In this document: one piece after another, positions 1 to 8,562 of the stretch
Position numbering within the stretch: the stretch's first letter is position 1
Layout of the letters: every line of letters begins with the position of its first letter
Virus record (IMG/VR): IMGVR_UViG_3300045747_000694
Location: 1 to 42,164 of that record
Length of the DNA: 42,164 nt
Source: a virus
Strand: one strand, 5' to 3'
The notes under the pieces: model-generated
The model's input: the letters and a program-made list of their open reading frames with translations, nothing else
The model's database searches: none
What the model was told of the DNA's origin: nothing
Program-made: the position numbers and the translations under genes

Positions 1-862
1 CCTGGGTGACAAGGCCTTCGAGGGCTTCCGCATCCCGCAGCTGATGGTGCCGTGGCTGAAGTGGGACGACATCCTGGTGAAGTTCCAGACGTACCCGCGC
101 GGCCGCTTCTACAACGAGGTGCTCGGCCTCTCGTACGACTCGGGCACCCGCCCCCTGATGCAGCAGGACGTCATCGACAACTGCATCCAGGGCTTCTACA
201 TGTCGCCCCAGGTGCTGGCGAAGGTGAAGCACGACGCCTCCGGGACCTCGCCCATCTTCTGCGGCATCGACTGGGGCACCGGCGAAGGGACGTACACTGT
301 CCTCTCCTTGGGCACCTACATCAACGGCTTCTTCACCATCTTCTACATCCACCGCTTCGAGGGGCAGGAGCTCGAGCCGCCCATCCAGCTGGGCATCGTG
401 GAGGAGCTGATCCGGAACTGGCAGGTCGAGTGTGTGGGGGCCGACTACGGCGGCGGCTTCGACCGCAACGACCACCTCACCCGCAAGTTCGGCCAGGGCC
501 GCATCTGGAAGTACCAGTACAGCCAGCCGGGCCAGAAGGTGAAGTGGGAGGATCCCCTCAAGAGGTTCCTCGTCCACCGCACCGAAGTGATGAGCGACAT
601 GTTCAACGCCATCAAGCGGAGGAACGTCATCCGCTTCCCTGACTGGAGCCACTTCAAGGAACCGTTCGGCGCCGACATGCTGAACATCTTCAGCGAGTAC
701 AACGAGCAGACGCGGCAGATCGAGTACAAGCACGCACCCGACCGCACGGACGACGCCTTCCACTCCATCCTGCTCTGCTTCCTCGTCTCGATGCTCCGCG
801 TGCCGCGGCACGACGTGCTCAACCCCTCTGCTCGTACGGGGGCCTCCACCGAGATCGACTGA
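1..862 (+). CDS. terL: Terminase large subunit, C-terminal nuclease domain (5' end lies upstream of window)
   Basis: Reading frame is open from the window start (LGDKAFEGFRIPQLMVPW...). RNaseH-like nuclease motifs GIDWGTGEG, GADYGGGFD and TDDAFHS are typical of large-terminase C-terminal domains. TGA at 860-862. Confidence 0.8.
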   Translation, partial: LGDKAFEGFRIPQLMVPWLKWDDILVKFQTYPRGRFYNEVLGLSYDSGTRPLMQQDVIDNCIQGFYMSPQVLAKVKHDASGTSPIFCGIDWGTGEGTYTVLSLGTYINGFFTIFYIHRFEGQELEPPIQLGIVEELIRNWQVECVGADYGGGFDRNDHLTRKFGQGRIWKYQYSQPGQKVKWEDPLKRFLVHRTEVMSDMFNAIKRRNVIRFPDWSHFKEPFGADMLNIFSEYNEQTRQIEYKHAPDRTDDAFHSILLCFLVSMLRVPRHDVLNPSARTGASTEID

Positions 863-874
863 TAGGTAAGAAAC

Positions 875-902
875 TGGGCCCCTCAGACTTCAGGGGCCCA
901 GC
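875..902. terminator. Bidirectional stem-loop between convergent terL (+) and the 923..1384 (-) gene
   Basis: Perfect 10-bp inverted repeat CTGGGCCCCT / AGGGGCCCAG with an 8-nt loop. Sits 13 nt after the terL stop and 21 nt after the minus-gene stop. Confidence 0.6.
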
Positions 903-922
903 TTGTCCTACGTGCAGCGGTG

Positions 923-1384
923 TTACGAGAGCAGGTCGCCGACCGTGGGCAGGTCGTAGTGCTCGGCCGCCACGTTCCACAGCTTGACCGCGACCAGCAC
1001 GCCCGCGACGCCGAGCACGAACCGGTTGAGGTTGATGTGCATCCCGCCGACGCGGCGGACGGCGTTCCAGGCGTTGCGCTCGTGCACGCCGTCCCGGATG
1101 ATGTCGGCCAGCTCGACGGCGCCGGCGCCCTCGACCAGGCTGGCGACGACCGGGCGCTGCGCGGCCGGGATCATCGAGCGGATCTTCAGCATGGAGGCCT
1201 GGGCCTGCTCGACGGACAGCTCGGCCGCCGCGGCCTTCATCTCGGCGGACGGGTTCTTCAGCGCGCCCAGGACAGCGGCGAGCGTCTCGGCGTTCATCGG
1301 GGCGGTGGTCGCCCCGGCGAAGTCCGGGCCTTCGGCAGCCGCGCTGTGGGCGGTGCCCCTCTTGACGGTCTTCATGTTGTGCAT
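923..1384 (-). CDS. Hypothetical tail-anchored membrane protein (153 aa); inserted gene of unknown function in the head module
   Basis: ATG at 1384 is preceded by GGAAAGGGG. Ala-rich soluble N-terminal region, then a single C-terminal hydrophobic segment (FVLGVAGVLVAVKLWNVAA). Opposite strand to all flanking late genes. Confidence 0.6.
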   Translation of the reverse strand: MHNMKTVKRGTAHSAAAEGPDFAGATTAPMNAETLAAVLGALKNPSAEMKAAAAELSVEQAQASMLKIRSMIPAAQRPVVASLVEGAGAVELADIIRDGVHERNAWNAVRRVGGMHINLNRFVLGVAGVLVAVKLWNVAAEHYDLPTVGDLLS

Positions 1385-1482
1385 CCCCTTTCCCTTGCAA
1401 GGAAGGAACAACCACGGAGTGTGGAAGACAGGGTATTGCTACCCAGCCAATCCTTATACCGGTGGGGGGAGGGGAATTGCTG

Positions 1483-2199
1483 CTATGGGCCGGTCAGGAC
1501 TCGGCGGAGCTCATCCTGGGGGGTGTCCAGGGTCTGGAAGAGGGCCTGGGGGATGGTCCCCTTGCCGGACTCGATCCAGAAGAGGGCCGCCACCCGGATC
1601 TTCCTGCGGCCCTGCTCCATCTTGGCCTTGAGGGCCTGGAGGGAGAGGTCGTCCTTCACCCTCTTCGGAGAGAGGAAGTCCGACATCTTGGTCACGAGGT
1701 CGAAGAGGGGCTTCCAGGGCTGGGCACTCCCCGTGACCGCTGCGATGTGCTCGATGGCCTTCTCGTCCACCTGGTTGAAGACGCCGGCCCAGGAGTCGAG
1801 CTCCTTGAGCTGGTACTTGGGCAGGGCCAGGTAGTCGAGGACGGCACGGTGGAGACTGGCGGCCTCCTTGTCCCCCATCTTGAGCGGCTTCTCCTGGAGG
1901 CCCATGGCTTCCCACATGGCCTTCACCGCGCGCATCTCTTCCTCGAGCTGCGCAACGCGCCTGTTCAGCTGGAAGAGGGTGCGGCGATTCACGACAGGGA
2001 AGTCGGTGCCGAGCTCCTCCGCGAGCTGCTCCACGTCCTCGGGCTTCACGAGCACAGCCCGGTTACGGATTGCTTCCTTCCTCAAGAAGCCCCTCTTGAG
2101 GTAGTTGTGTACGGAGCGCTTCGAACACCCGAGACGTGCGGCGACCTCGGGGACGGTCATGAGCTGGGTGAAAGTGCTTCCCAAGTGGCGACCCTCCAT
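1483..2199 (-). CDS. HTH_17 (excisionase/MerR-like helix-turn-helix) DNA-binding protein
   Basis: N-terminal MTVPEVAARLGCSKRSVHNYLKRGFL is the classic HTH_17 signature. The ~200-aa C-terminal region is unrecognised. Start could be ATG 2199 (MEGRHL...) or ATG 2160 (MTVPEV...); not resolvable by eye. Confidence 0.65.
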   Translation of the reverse strand: MEGRHLGSTFTQLMTVPEVAARLGCSKRSVHNYLKRGFLRKEAIRNRAVLVKPEDVEQLAEELGTDFPVVNRRTLFQLNRRVAQLEEEMRAVKAMWEAMGLQEKPLKMGDKEAASLHRAVLDYLALPKYQLKELDSWAGVFNQVDEKAIEHIAAVTGSAQPWKPLFDLVTKMSDFLSPKRVKDDLSLQALKAKMEQGRRKIRVAALFWIESGKGTIPQALFQTLDTPQDELRRVLTGP

Positions 2200-2224
2200 C
2201 TACGCTGAATCCGGAGCATACCTC

Positions 2225-3169
2225 ATGCGAGACGACCTGACGACGTACCTCATCAGCGACCGGAAGCATCGGCCGTCCCTCTCCCCCGAGGCTCTCGAGC
2301 TGATGGGGAAGCAGGCGGCCAACCGGTTCCTCGACGAGGGCCTCCCGCTGAACGAGGAGATCGCCAAGCTCGCGAGCGAGCACGGCGACATCAACCCGGA
2401 CCAGGTGCGCCGGGTGGTGGAGTTCGCCAACAAGGCGACCTACCTCGGCCTCCACGAGAAGGCCAAGACCGCCGGGGCGAAGGAGAGCTACCCGCAGTTC
2501 GCTCTCGCCGACTCCAAGGTCATCCTGGGCAGCCTCGGCGAAGAGGCAAGCCCCCTGCGGACGCCCTCCGTCGACACCGACTACCGGTCGAGCGTCGAGA
2601 AGCGGGCGTCCATCGAGGGCGTCACCGCAGACAACCTCCTCGCCGACCTGTTCCGGGTGAAGAAGACCGCCGAGGTCGCCCACACCGCCGAGTCGGTGGT
2701 GAACGACATCGTCAGCGTGAAGGAGGACCTCACCTCCCTGCGCGACCACCTGACCCACACCGCGTCGACGCTCGACACGCTGTGGAAGGAGGCGCAGGAG
2801 GACTACTACGACCACGTGCGCCGCCACCTGCTGAACGGCGGCTCCTTCGCGGACGTCGTGGCCTCCTCCCGCATCCCCGGCGTCGAGCAGGAGAAGATCT
2901 CCTCGGCCCTCCAGCCCTTCGTGGTCCGGCTCCTCCAGGACAAGGTGGCCTCGGCTCCCGACCTGCGCGAGCAGGTGAAGGGCTTCGAGAAGGTGGCCCA
3001 CCGGATCCTCAACGAGAACCACCCGCTGGTCACCACCTTCCGTGCCTACCTGTCGCTCGATTCGGAGATCCAGAAGGTGGCCTCCGGTCTCCAGGACGTC
3101 GAGGTCGAGCTGGGGCGGGTGAACTCCTTCATCAAGGAGAAGTTCTGTGGCGGCACAGCGGCTCGCTAA
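2225..3169 (+). CDS. Hypothetical head-module protein (314 aa)
   Basis: Long ORF with high GC3. The ATG at 2225 is chosen because the upstream part of the ORF overlaps the divergent HTH gene. An alternative ATG at 2159 is possible. TAA at 3167-3169. Confidence 0.55.
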   Translation: MRDDLTTYLISDRKHRPSLSPEALELMGKQAANRFLDEGLPLNEEIAKLASEHGDINPDQVRRVVEFANKATYLGLHEKAKTAGAKESYPQFALADSKVILGSLGEEASPLRTPSVDTDYRSSVEKRASIEGVTADNLLADLFRVKKTAEVAHTAESVVNDIVSVKEDLTSLRDHLTHTASTLDTLWKEAQEDYYDHVRRHLLNGGSFADVVASSRIPGVEQEKISSALQPFVVRLLQDKVASAPDLREQVKGFEKVAHRILNENHPLVTTFRAYLSLDSEIQKVASGLQDVEVELGRVNSFIKEKFCGGTAAR

Positions 3170-3434
3170 GCTGGCAGCCATCTCCCGCCAGCTGACCTCA
3201 GGGGTGGAGAAGAGGGCCTTCGTCGGAGGGGTCCTCCGTCTTGCCAGCGGCGCCGGCAAGGTCGGCCTGAAGATGCTCGACAAGTACCCCAAGGCCACGC
3301 TCACCACTGCGCTCGGAACCGGCATGGCGGCGGTGGCCGGCAAGGGGTCCTACCAGCAGCACAAGGCTGGCTTCGACCCGAACGTCCAGAAGGCCATGCT
3401 CGGGAACACCCCAGTTCCCCCAGGAGTCTCGTGA
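3147..3434 (+). CDS. Hypothetical small protein (95 aa), GTG start
   Basis: GTG at 3147 is preceded by AAGGAGAAG at 7-nt spacing. Overlaps the upstream gene by 23 nt. Gly/Ala-rich. Confidence 0.5.
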   Translation: MAAQRLAKLAAISRQLTSGVEKRAFVGGVLRLASGAGKVGLKMLDKYPKATLTTALGTGMAAVAGKGSYQQHKAGFDPNVQKAMLGNTPVPPGVS

Positions 3435-4156
3435 TGCTGACCAAGGAAGCCCTCATCAAGCACGCCGGCGACGCCGCTCCTGAGCTGATGCAGAAGACGG
3501 CCGCGGTGCTCGTGCAGGTCGAGGCAGAGGCCCCGGAGAACCTGGCCTGGGTGGCCGGCGAGCTGGACGCCATCGCCCAGCACACCTTCGACAAGATCGC
3601 GGAGATCGGGGCCTGGGGGAAGTGGGGCCTGGCGGTGGGCACCGGCGCGGTGGCCGGCATCGCCAACGACCTGGCCGGGGACCTCTACGCCTCGGCCAAG
3701 CGTGGCCTCTCGAAGAGCCGCAACCTCACGGCCATCATGAAGATCAACCCCGAGCTGAAGGCCATGGACAAGCACCGGCTCCAGCTCTCCTTCGACGCCA
3801 TCCACCGCTACGCCCCGGAGATGACGGCCGACCCGCTGGTGGGTGGGGCCCTCCTGAAGAGCGTGGCCGATGTCTCCGGCAACGAGGCCGTGGCCATCAA
3901 GAACATCATCGACATGCGGAAGAACGTGGTCACCCCGTTCCGCCCGGGCGAGTCGCTCAAGATCGACCCGGTCCAGGCGCCGAAGGGTCCGACGACCTTC
4001 GAGAGGAAGCAGGACGCCAAGGTCCGCGCCCGTGGCGAGGCGCTCAAGACGCTCGTCTCGGACATCAGCAAGAGCAAGGGGACGTCTCCTCTCGCGAAGC
4101 AGCGGATGATCGGGACCGCCATCAAGATCCACGATCAGAGCGTCGACAAGCTGTAG
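3434..4156 (+). CDS. Hypothetical head-module protein (240 aa)
   Basis: ATG at 3434 overlaps the upstream TGA (TGATG). CAGGAG lies 7 nt upstream. High GC3. Confidence 0.6.
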   Translation: MLTKEALIKHAGDAAPELMQKTAAVLVQVEAEAPENLAWVAGELDAIAQHTFDKIAEIGAWGKWGLAVGTGAVAGIANDLAGDLYASAKRGLSKSRNLTAIMKINPELKAMDKHRLQLSFDAIHRYAPEMTADPLVGGALLKSVADVSGNEAVAIKNIIDMRKNVVTPFRPGESLKIDPVQAPKGPTTFERKQDAKVRARGEALKTLVSDISKSKGTSPLAKQRMIGTAIKIHDQSVDKL

Positions 4157-5875
4157 ATGATCAAGCTGACCCACTTCCTCGGCAAGTCCGAGCAGGGCAT
4201 CTTCGCCCAGGGTCTCTTCAGTGGGGCCTTGGAGAAGACTGCCGGCGCGCCGGGGCCAGCGTGGGACACCGCGGAGCCGATCAAGAAGCTCATCAAGAAG
4301 CTCACGCCCGAGGACCGCAAGAAGAACTGCTACGTCCTCGTGACCGCTCTCGGCGCCGGCGAGTACTACGGCTCCAACGTCAACTCCGACTTCTTCCCCT
4401 GGGAGGCGCTGACGCACCGGGGGAAGGACTACGGCTACGAGACCTTCCTCGACTCTCATGCCTTCGCTCACCACGCGAACAAGGACCCCGAGCGAGCGTT
4501 CGGGGTCCCTGTCGTCTCGGCCTTGAACGATCGCATGAAGAAGGTCGAGCTGGTCATCAAGCTCGACCGCGAGAAGGCCAAGATGGAGGGCGCGGACCAC
4601 ATCGTCCAGCGCATCGACTCCGGTGACTTCCCCGACGTCTCGATGGGCTGCAAGGTCCCCTTCGACGTCTGCTCCATCTGCGGCAACCGGTCGAAGACCC
4701 GCAACGACTACTGCGAGCACATGCGGCCCGGCCCGGAGAAGAAGGGCATCTGGGGGCCCAACAAGATCCTCGAGGACGGCCGTCAGATCTACGTCGTCAA
4801 CACCCTCCCTCGGTTCTTCGACATCAGCTTCGTCTTCATCGGCGCCGACAAGATCGCCAAGGCGATGGCCAAGCTGGCGTCCCGGGGGAACCATGTCTGT
4901 CTTGGTCAAGTGTGCGCAGTACCTGCTCGAGCAGGAGAAGCTGGCTCCGAGCCGGAGCTGTACTCAGCAACTGGCGATCGTCTCCAGCTTGGCGCACTTC
5001 GCAAGCAGGCTGATGGTGGAGCAGCTGTGCGCCGAGGGCCGTGCGGCCGGTGCTGCGATTCATGCGAGTCCCAGCAGTCTTGCGAGCTCGACAAGCTCGC
5101 CTCCGCTTTCGGAGTGAAGGAGGCTGGGAAGAAGCTCTCCTCCATCACGAAGAAGATCCCCTCGGACAACTTCACGGCTCGGAAGCTGCCGGAGATCGAG
5201 GCCAAGGAGAAGGACTTCCCCAAGGAGGTCCTGGACTCCTTGGCGGAGTACCCCCTCGCCAACAGCACGGGTGCCACCACCTCGGTGGGCATCGTTCTCA
5301 AGCCCCACGAGTTCCAGCGCATCGTCCTGGTGCGCATGGGAGAGGGGCAGCTGGCCGATGACCTGGATGCCAAGAAGCAGGTCTTCCAGCCCTCCGAGGA
5401 GTTCGACGACAGCGTCGACCCCGCGATGCCGGCAATCCGGGAGGCCCTCTCGATCGTCCTTCCCTACCTCATGGACCGGAGTGCGTTCTCCCCGGCCCTC
5501 TCTCCGCGGCTGATGAAGTTGGCGAACTCTTCGGAAGAGCGAAAGAAGTTCTTCCCACACAGGACGCCTATCGGCCATCCTATGCTCGACAAGGTCAGCG
5601 CGGCGTACAATGGCTATCGCCGCAACATCTTGATGAAGCTGTCGCAGGCAAGAGAGGCAGTACAGAGTGACTCGCAGTTGAGGTCGCACTTCTTCGGAGA
5701 CGAACTGGTCACGATGTTCAGCAAGACTTCCAGCCCCAATCCGATCATCGACCACGACACGGTCGCATACGTCATGAGCGCTCATCTCTCGAACCGCAGC
5801 CTGCTGACCGCCACCCGAGGCAATGGTGCCTCCGCGGTGGCCATTCCGTGGCTCCCTGAGGAGCTGTCGGCCTAG
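4157..5875 (+). CDS. Putative portal protein (572 aa); assignment by position only
   Basis: Largest head-module ORF, immediately upstream of the acidic scaffold gene (portal-scaffold-capsid order as in P22/T7). ATG overlaps the upstream TAG (TAGATG). Unusual Cys cluster CKVPFDVCSICGN...YCEH. No portal motif recognised by eye. Confidence 0.35.
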   Translation: MIKLTHFLGKSEQGIFAQGLFSGALEKTAGAPGPAWDTAEPIKKLIKKLTPEDRKKNCYVLVTALGAGEYYGSNVNSDFFPWEALTHRGKDYGYETFLDSHAFAHHANKDPERAFGVPVVSALNDRMKKVELVIKLDREKAKMEGADHIVQRIDSGDFPDVSMGCKVPFDVCSICGNRSKTRNDYCEHMRPGPEKKGIWGPNKILEDGRQIYVVNTLPRFFDISFVFIGADKIAKAMAKLASRGNHVCLGQVCAVPARAGEAGSEPELYSATGDRLQLGALRKQADGGAAVRRGPCGRCCDSCESQQSCELDKLASAFGVKEAGKKLSSITKKIPSDNFTARKLPEIEAKEKDFPKEVLDSLAEYPLANSTGATTSVGIVLKPHEFQRIVLVRMGEGQLADDLDAKKQVFQPSEEFDDSVDPAMPAIREALSIVLPYLMDRSAFSPALSPRLMKLANSSEERKKFFPHRTPIGHPMLDKVSAAYNGYRRNILMKLSQAREAVQSDSQLRSHFFGDELVTMFSKTSSPNPIIDHDTVAYVMSAHLSNRSLLTATRGNGASAVAIPWLPEELSA

Positions 5876-5946
5876 AGGGCGCGCGAGCCCCTCGTAGACG
5901 GCCCACACTGATCGCCGAAGTTCAACGACTCGAAGGAGAAGAACAC

Positions 5947-6783
5947 ATGGACAAGACGCTCGCAGAGATCTACGGGACCAACCAGTCCGACGACCAGGAG
6001 AAGCTGGCCGCCGCGGCCGCCGCCGAGGAGCTCACCGAGGACGGTGCGCTCGACCTCGAGGGCCTGACCGAGGAGGACCTGGAGGCCGTCGCCGCCGAGG
6101 TGCTCGAGGCCAGCGCCGAGGGCGAGGCGGAGACCGAGGAGGTCGAGGAGTCCGACGAGGAGGAGAAGACCGCCTCCGAGGAGGACCTCGAGGAGAAGGT
6201 CGCCGAGGCCGACCAGATGGGCCGCATCATGGCCCACGCCTACGTGCAGGAGCTCCGGTCGATCGAGAAGACCGCCGGCGCCAAGATCGACGCCCTCAAG
6301 GCGGGCGGCAAGAAGATGCTGCACCGCGCCGGCCGCGGCCTCGAGGCCGTCGGCAAGAAGCTGACCCCGACCAAGAGCGGCGACAAGGCCTTCTCGAAGG
6401 GCAAGCTCGAGTCGATGATGGCGGCCCGCAAGAAGGGCGCCAAGATGAAGGACATCAAGTCCGGCATGACCGGTCACCGTGCGGCCGGGCACGAGGCCGA
6501 GGGCAAGCTGCACAAGCGCGTCGGCGGTGCGGTCGTCGGTGGCGGCGCCCTCGCCGTCGGTGGCGGCGTCGCCGCGGCCAAGGGCGGCAAGTCCAAGAAG
6601 GCCTCCGCCCTGGACACCCTCGCCGAGCAGCGCGCCCAGGAGATCCTGGCCGCCAACGGCGTCACCGAGCAGGAGACCGAGACCACCAAGTACGACGTCC
6701 TCGCCGACGCCGTCGAGCAGCGCGCGACCGAGATGCTGGCCGAGGCCGGCTACGAGTTCGCGGACGAGAGCGCCGAGGAGTAG
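5947..6783 (+). CDS. Scaffolding protein (278 aa, highly acidic, coiled-coil)
   Basis: RBS GAAGGAGAAGAACAC then ATG. N-terminal region is ~40% Asp/Glu (EELTEDGALDLEGLTEEDLEAV...). Lies between the putative portal and capsid genes and is followed by a strong hairpin. Confidence 0.6.
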   Translation: MDKTLAEIYGTNQSDDQEKLAAAAAAEELTEDGALDLEGLTEEDLEAVAAEVLEASAEGEAETEEVEESDEEEKTASEEDLEEKVAEADQMGRIMAHAYVQELRSIEKTAGAKIDALKAGGKKMLHRAGRGLEAVGKKLTPTKSGDKAFSKGKLESMMAARKKGAKMKDIKSGMTGHRAAGHEAEGKLHKRVGGAVVGGGALAVGGGVAAAKGGKSKKASALDTLAEQRAQEILAANGVTEQETETTKYDVLADAVEQRATEMLAEAGYEFADESAEE

Positions 6784-6792
6784 CACCCCCTT

Positions 6793-6830
6793 CCTTGGGG
6801 GCGGGATGGTACGAGCGCCCGCCCCCAAGG
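6793..6830 (+). terminator. Stem-loop after the scaffold gene
   Basis: Perfect 13-bp inverted repeat CCTTGGGGGCGGG ... CCCGCCCCCAAGG with a 12-nt loop, 10 nt after the TAG at 6781-6783. No U-tract, as is common in high-GC genomes. Confidence 0.55.
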
Positions 6831-6848
6831 ATGTTGTTCAGGAGCCCC

Positions 6849-7094
6849 GTGCAGACCGCAAACCCCAGCCACAAGCCCAAGACGGCAAGCAGCTTGGCCT
6901 TGTGGAAGGGATTCGCCGACGAGCTCCAGAAGATCGCCATGACGACACCAGCCAACATCACAGCCATGGCTCGCCCCAAGCCGGTGAAGATGGGGAACAC
7001 GTCGATGCCCCGCGACACCCCGCCGATGTCGCCAACGAAGGATTCGCTGTCGAGCACGAAGCTCACAACCCCGCCGCCCGTCACGGCGGGCTGA
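6849..7094 (+). CDS. Small Pro/Thr-rich protein (81 aa) carrying the AFxDELxKI family motif; not in the ORF track with this start
   Basis: GTG at 6849 with AGGAG 4 nt upstream (ATG 6831 is an alternative but abuts the hairpin). Contains KGFADELQKIA, matching the motif in four other small proteins of this module. Its TGA at 7092-7094 lies inside the RBS of the next gene. Local GC is lower (~60%). The antisense frame also gives a two-TM ORF, so strand choice is uncertain. Confidence 0.4.
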   Translation: MQTANPSHKPKTASSLALWKGFADELQKIAMTTPANITAMARPKPVKMGNTSMPRDTPPMSPTKDSLSSTKLTTPPPVTAG

Positions 7095-7105
7095 AGGAGA
7101 AGAAG

Positions 7106-8104
7106 ATGCACACCAAGCTGGCAGGCCGCCTCCCGCTCCAGGACATGATCGCCGCGCACATCGAGTCCGCTCGGGTGAAGCTGGCGGCCGCCGAGGGCAA
7201 GGAGTCGAAGAAGGACGAGAAGGACGAGAAGAAGGTCGAGAAGCTCGTGAAGTACGAGAAGAAGGAGCACGGCGGGAAGATCCCGTCCGAGAAGGAGGAG
7301 GAGGCCGAGAAGACGGCGTCCTTCGACGCCTTCGACCCCGACTCCATCGACAAGCTCGCCTCCGCCCTCGAGCAGGTGGCCGAGAAGCTCGCCGGCGACT
7401 CCGTCGAGCTCGGCGGCGAGAAGAAGCAGGGCGGCGAGGTGCTGCCGACCCAGACGCCGACCGGGGGCAAGCAGGCCTACACGGGCGCCAAGGCGAAGAC
7501 CCAGATCCCGCAGAGCTCCAAGGAGAAGGCCACCAAGGACAACCCGGGTGCCGCCACTGCCATGGAGACGGACGAGACCCGCAAGGTCGGCCCCTCCGCG
7601 GCCTACCCGGCCAAGGGCGTCCTCAAGACCGCCGGGCAGACGGTGCTCGAGCGGATCCAGGCCAAGCGCGACGAGGCGGCCGGCGAGGCCGTGCTGGTCC
7701 CGGAGAAGACCGCCGGCGCCATCGACTACGTCCTCGAGAAGATCAAGGCGGCCGAGTTCCACGGCGGCGGCGAGACCCTCGACGACAAGTCGGCCCCCAT
7801 CCCCAGCAACGCGGGCCGGCAGATGATCGCCAGCAACAAGGCCCCCGTCGGCGCCACCAAGCGCGAGGCCAAGGCTCCCCGGAAGGCGGAGCTGGCCCAG
7901 GTGCTCAAGGAGCCGGCCCTCACCTCTTCGACCGACAACACGGTCAACCAGAACCTGCGGAACGCCTCCAAGGGTGGCGTGAAGATCGCAGCGGCGAAGG
8001 CCTACCTCCGCAAGATCGCGGAGGAGGGCTGCACGTGCGGCAAGGACGGTACCTGCCGTCACTGCAAGCTCCAGAAGGCCGTCGAGGCCAAGAAGGCCTC
8101 GTAG
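7106..8104 (+). CDS. Lys/Glu-rich head-module protein (332 aa) with C-terminal CxCx5CxxC knuckle; possible core or second scaffold protein
   Basis: ATG at 7106 after GAAGGAGAAGAAG. Upstream in-frame sequence is RP-rich junk. KEKDEK-type low-complexity N-terminal half. C-terminal EEGCTCGKDGTCRHCK. Confidence 0.6.
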   Translation: MHTKLAGRLPLQDMIAAHIESARVKLAAAEGKESKKDEKDEKKVEKLVKYEKKEHGGKIPSEKEEEAEKTASFDAFDPDSIDKLASALEQVAEKLAGDSVELGGEKKQGGEVLPTQTPTGGKQAYTGAKAKTQIPQSSKEKATKDNPGAATAMETDETRKVGPSAAYPAKGVLKTAGQTVLERIQAKRDEAAGEAVLVPEKTAGAIDYVLEKIKAAEFHGGGETLDDKSAPIPSNAGRQMIASNKAPVGATKREAKAPRKAELAQVLKEPALTSSTDNTVNQNLRNASKGGVKIAAAKAYLRKIAEEGCTCGKDGTCRHCKLQKAVEAKKAS

Positions 8105-8132
8105 CACTACCGAGAAAGGCAAGGAGAACGTC

Positions 8133-8507
8133 ATGCGGAAGATCAGCAACGTCGAGGTCAGCCAGATGATGAAGCTGGCGGCCGAGAACCTCCGGACCCT
8201 CTCGGAGGAGAACCAGGGGCTTCGCGAGAAGGTCGCGGGGTTCGAGAAGAAGGCGCAGGCCGAGACCATCGCTCACCTGATGGAGGAGAAGGGCCTCGAG
8301 CCCGAGGCCTCCTTCCAGGAGAAGGTGGCCGGGCTGCTCCAGCGTGACGACCTCGAGGTCGTCAGGCAGGCCGTCGGCCTGTCGGCTCCCCAGATGAAGC
8401 TCGCCTCGGTCCATGACGAAGGGACCATCGAGGTCGAGGGCATGGGGACCGATGAGGACGGTGGCTCCGCGGCGGCAGGCTTCGCCGCGGCTCTGGCCTC
8501 CGCCTAG
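8133..8507 (+). CDS. Hypothetical coiled-coil protein (124 aa)
   Basis: RBS AAGGAGAACGTC then ATG. Heptad-like N-terminal region. Confidence 0.6.
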   Translation: MRKISNVEVSQMMKLAAENLRTLSEENQGLREKVAGFEKKAQAETIAHLMEEKGLEPEASFQEKVAGLLQRDDLEVVRQAVGLSAPQMKLASVHDEGTIEVEGMGTDEDGGSAAAGFAAALASA

Positions 8508-8562
8508 CTGTCCCATTCGCTGCATCCAACGACACCCTTCAAAGGAATAGGAGACGACAACC

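Noticed and set aside
1393-1402. 10-bp palindrome CCTTGCAAGG just upstream of the 923..1384 gene RBS, and ATTGCT(A/G)C direct repeats at 1434-1447 and 1475-1488
   Set aside because: Too short to distinguish from chance. Kept only as a pointer for promoter mapping of the inserted membrane-protein gene.
52-2208. Multiple long alternative-frame ORFs (52..642 +, 819..1415 -, 920..1834 +, 984..1631 +, 1462..2208 +, 1511..1915 -)
   Set aside because: Translations are Arg/Pro/Gly/Ala-rich with no RBS. This is typical off-frame read-through in ~67% GC DNA. The real genes in these intervals are terL, 923..1384 (-) and the HTH gene.
6662-8269. 535-aa antisense ORF spanning the scaffold 3' end and the 7106..8104 gene
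   Set aside because: Poly-R/G/L composition over most of its length. Only its 6830-7000 portion (a possible two-TM peptide) is discussed as an alternative, in the finding on 6784-7105.
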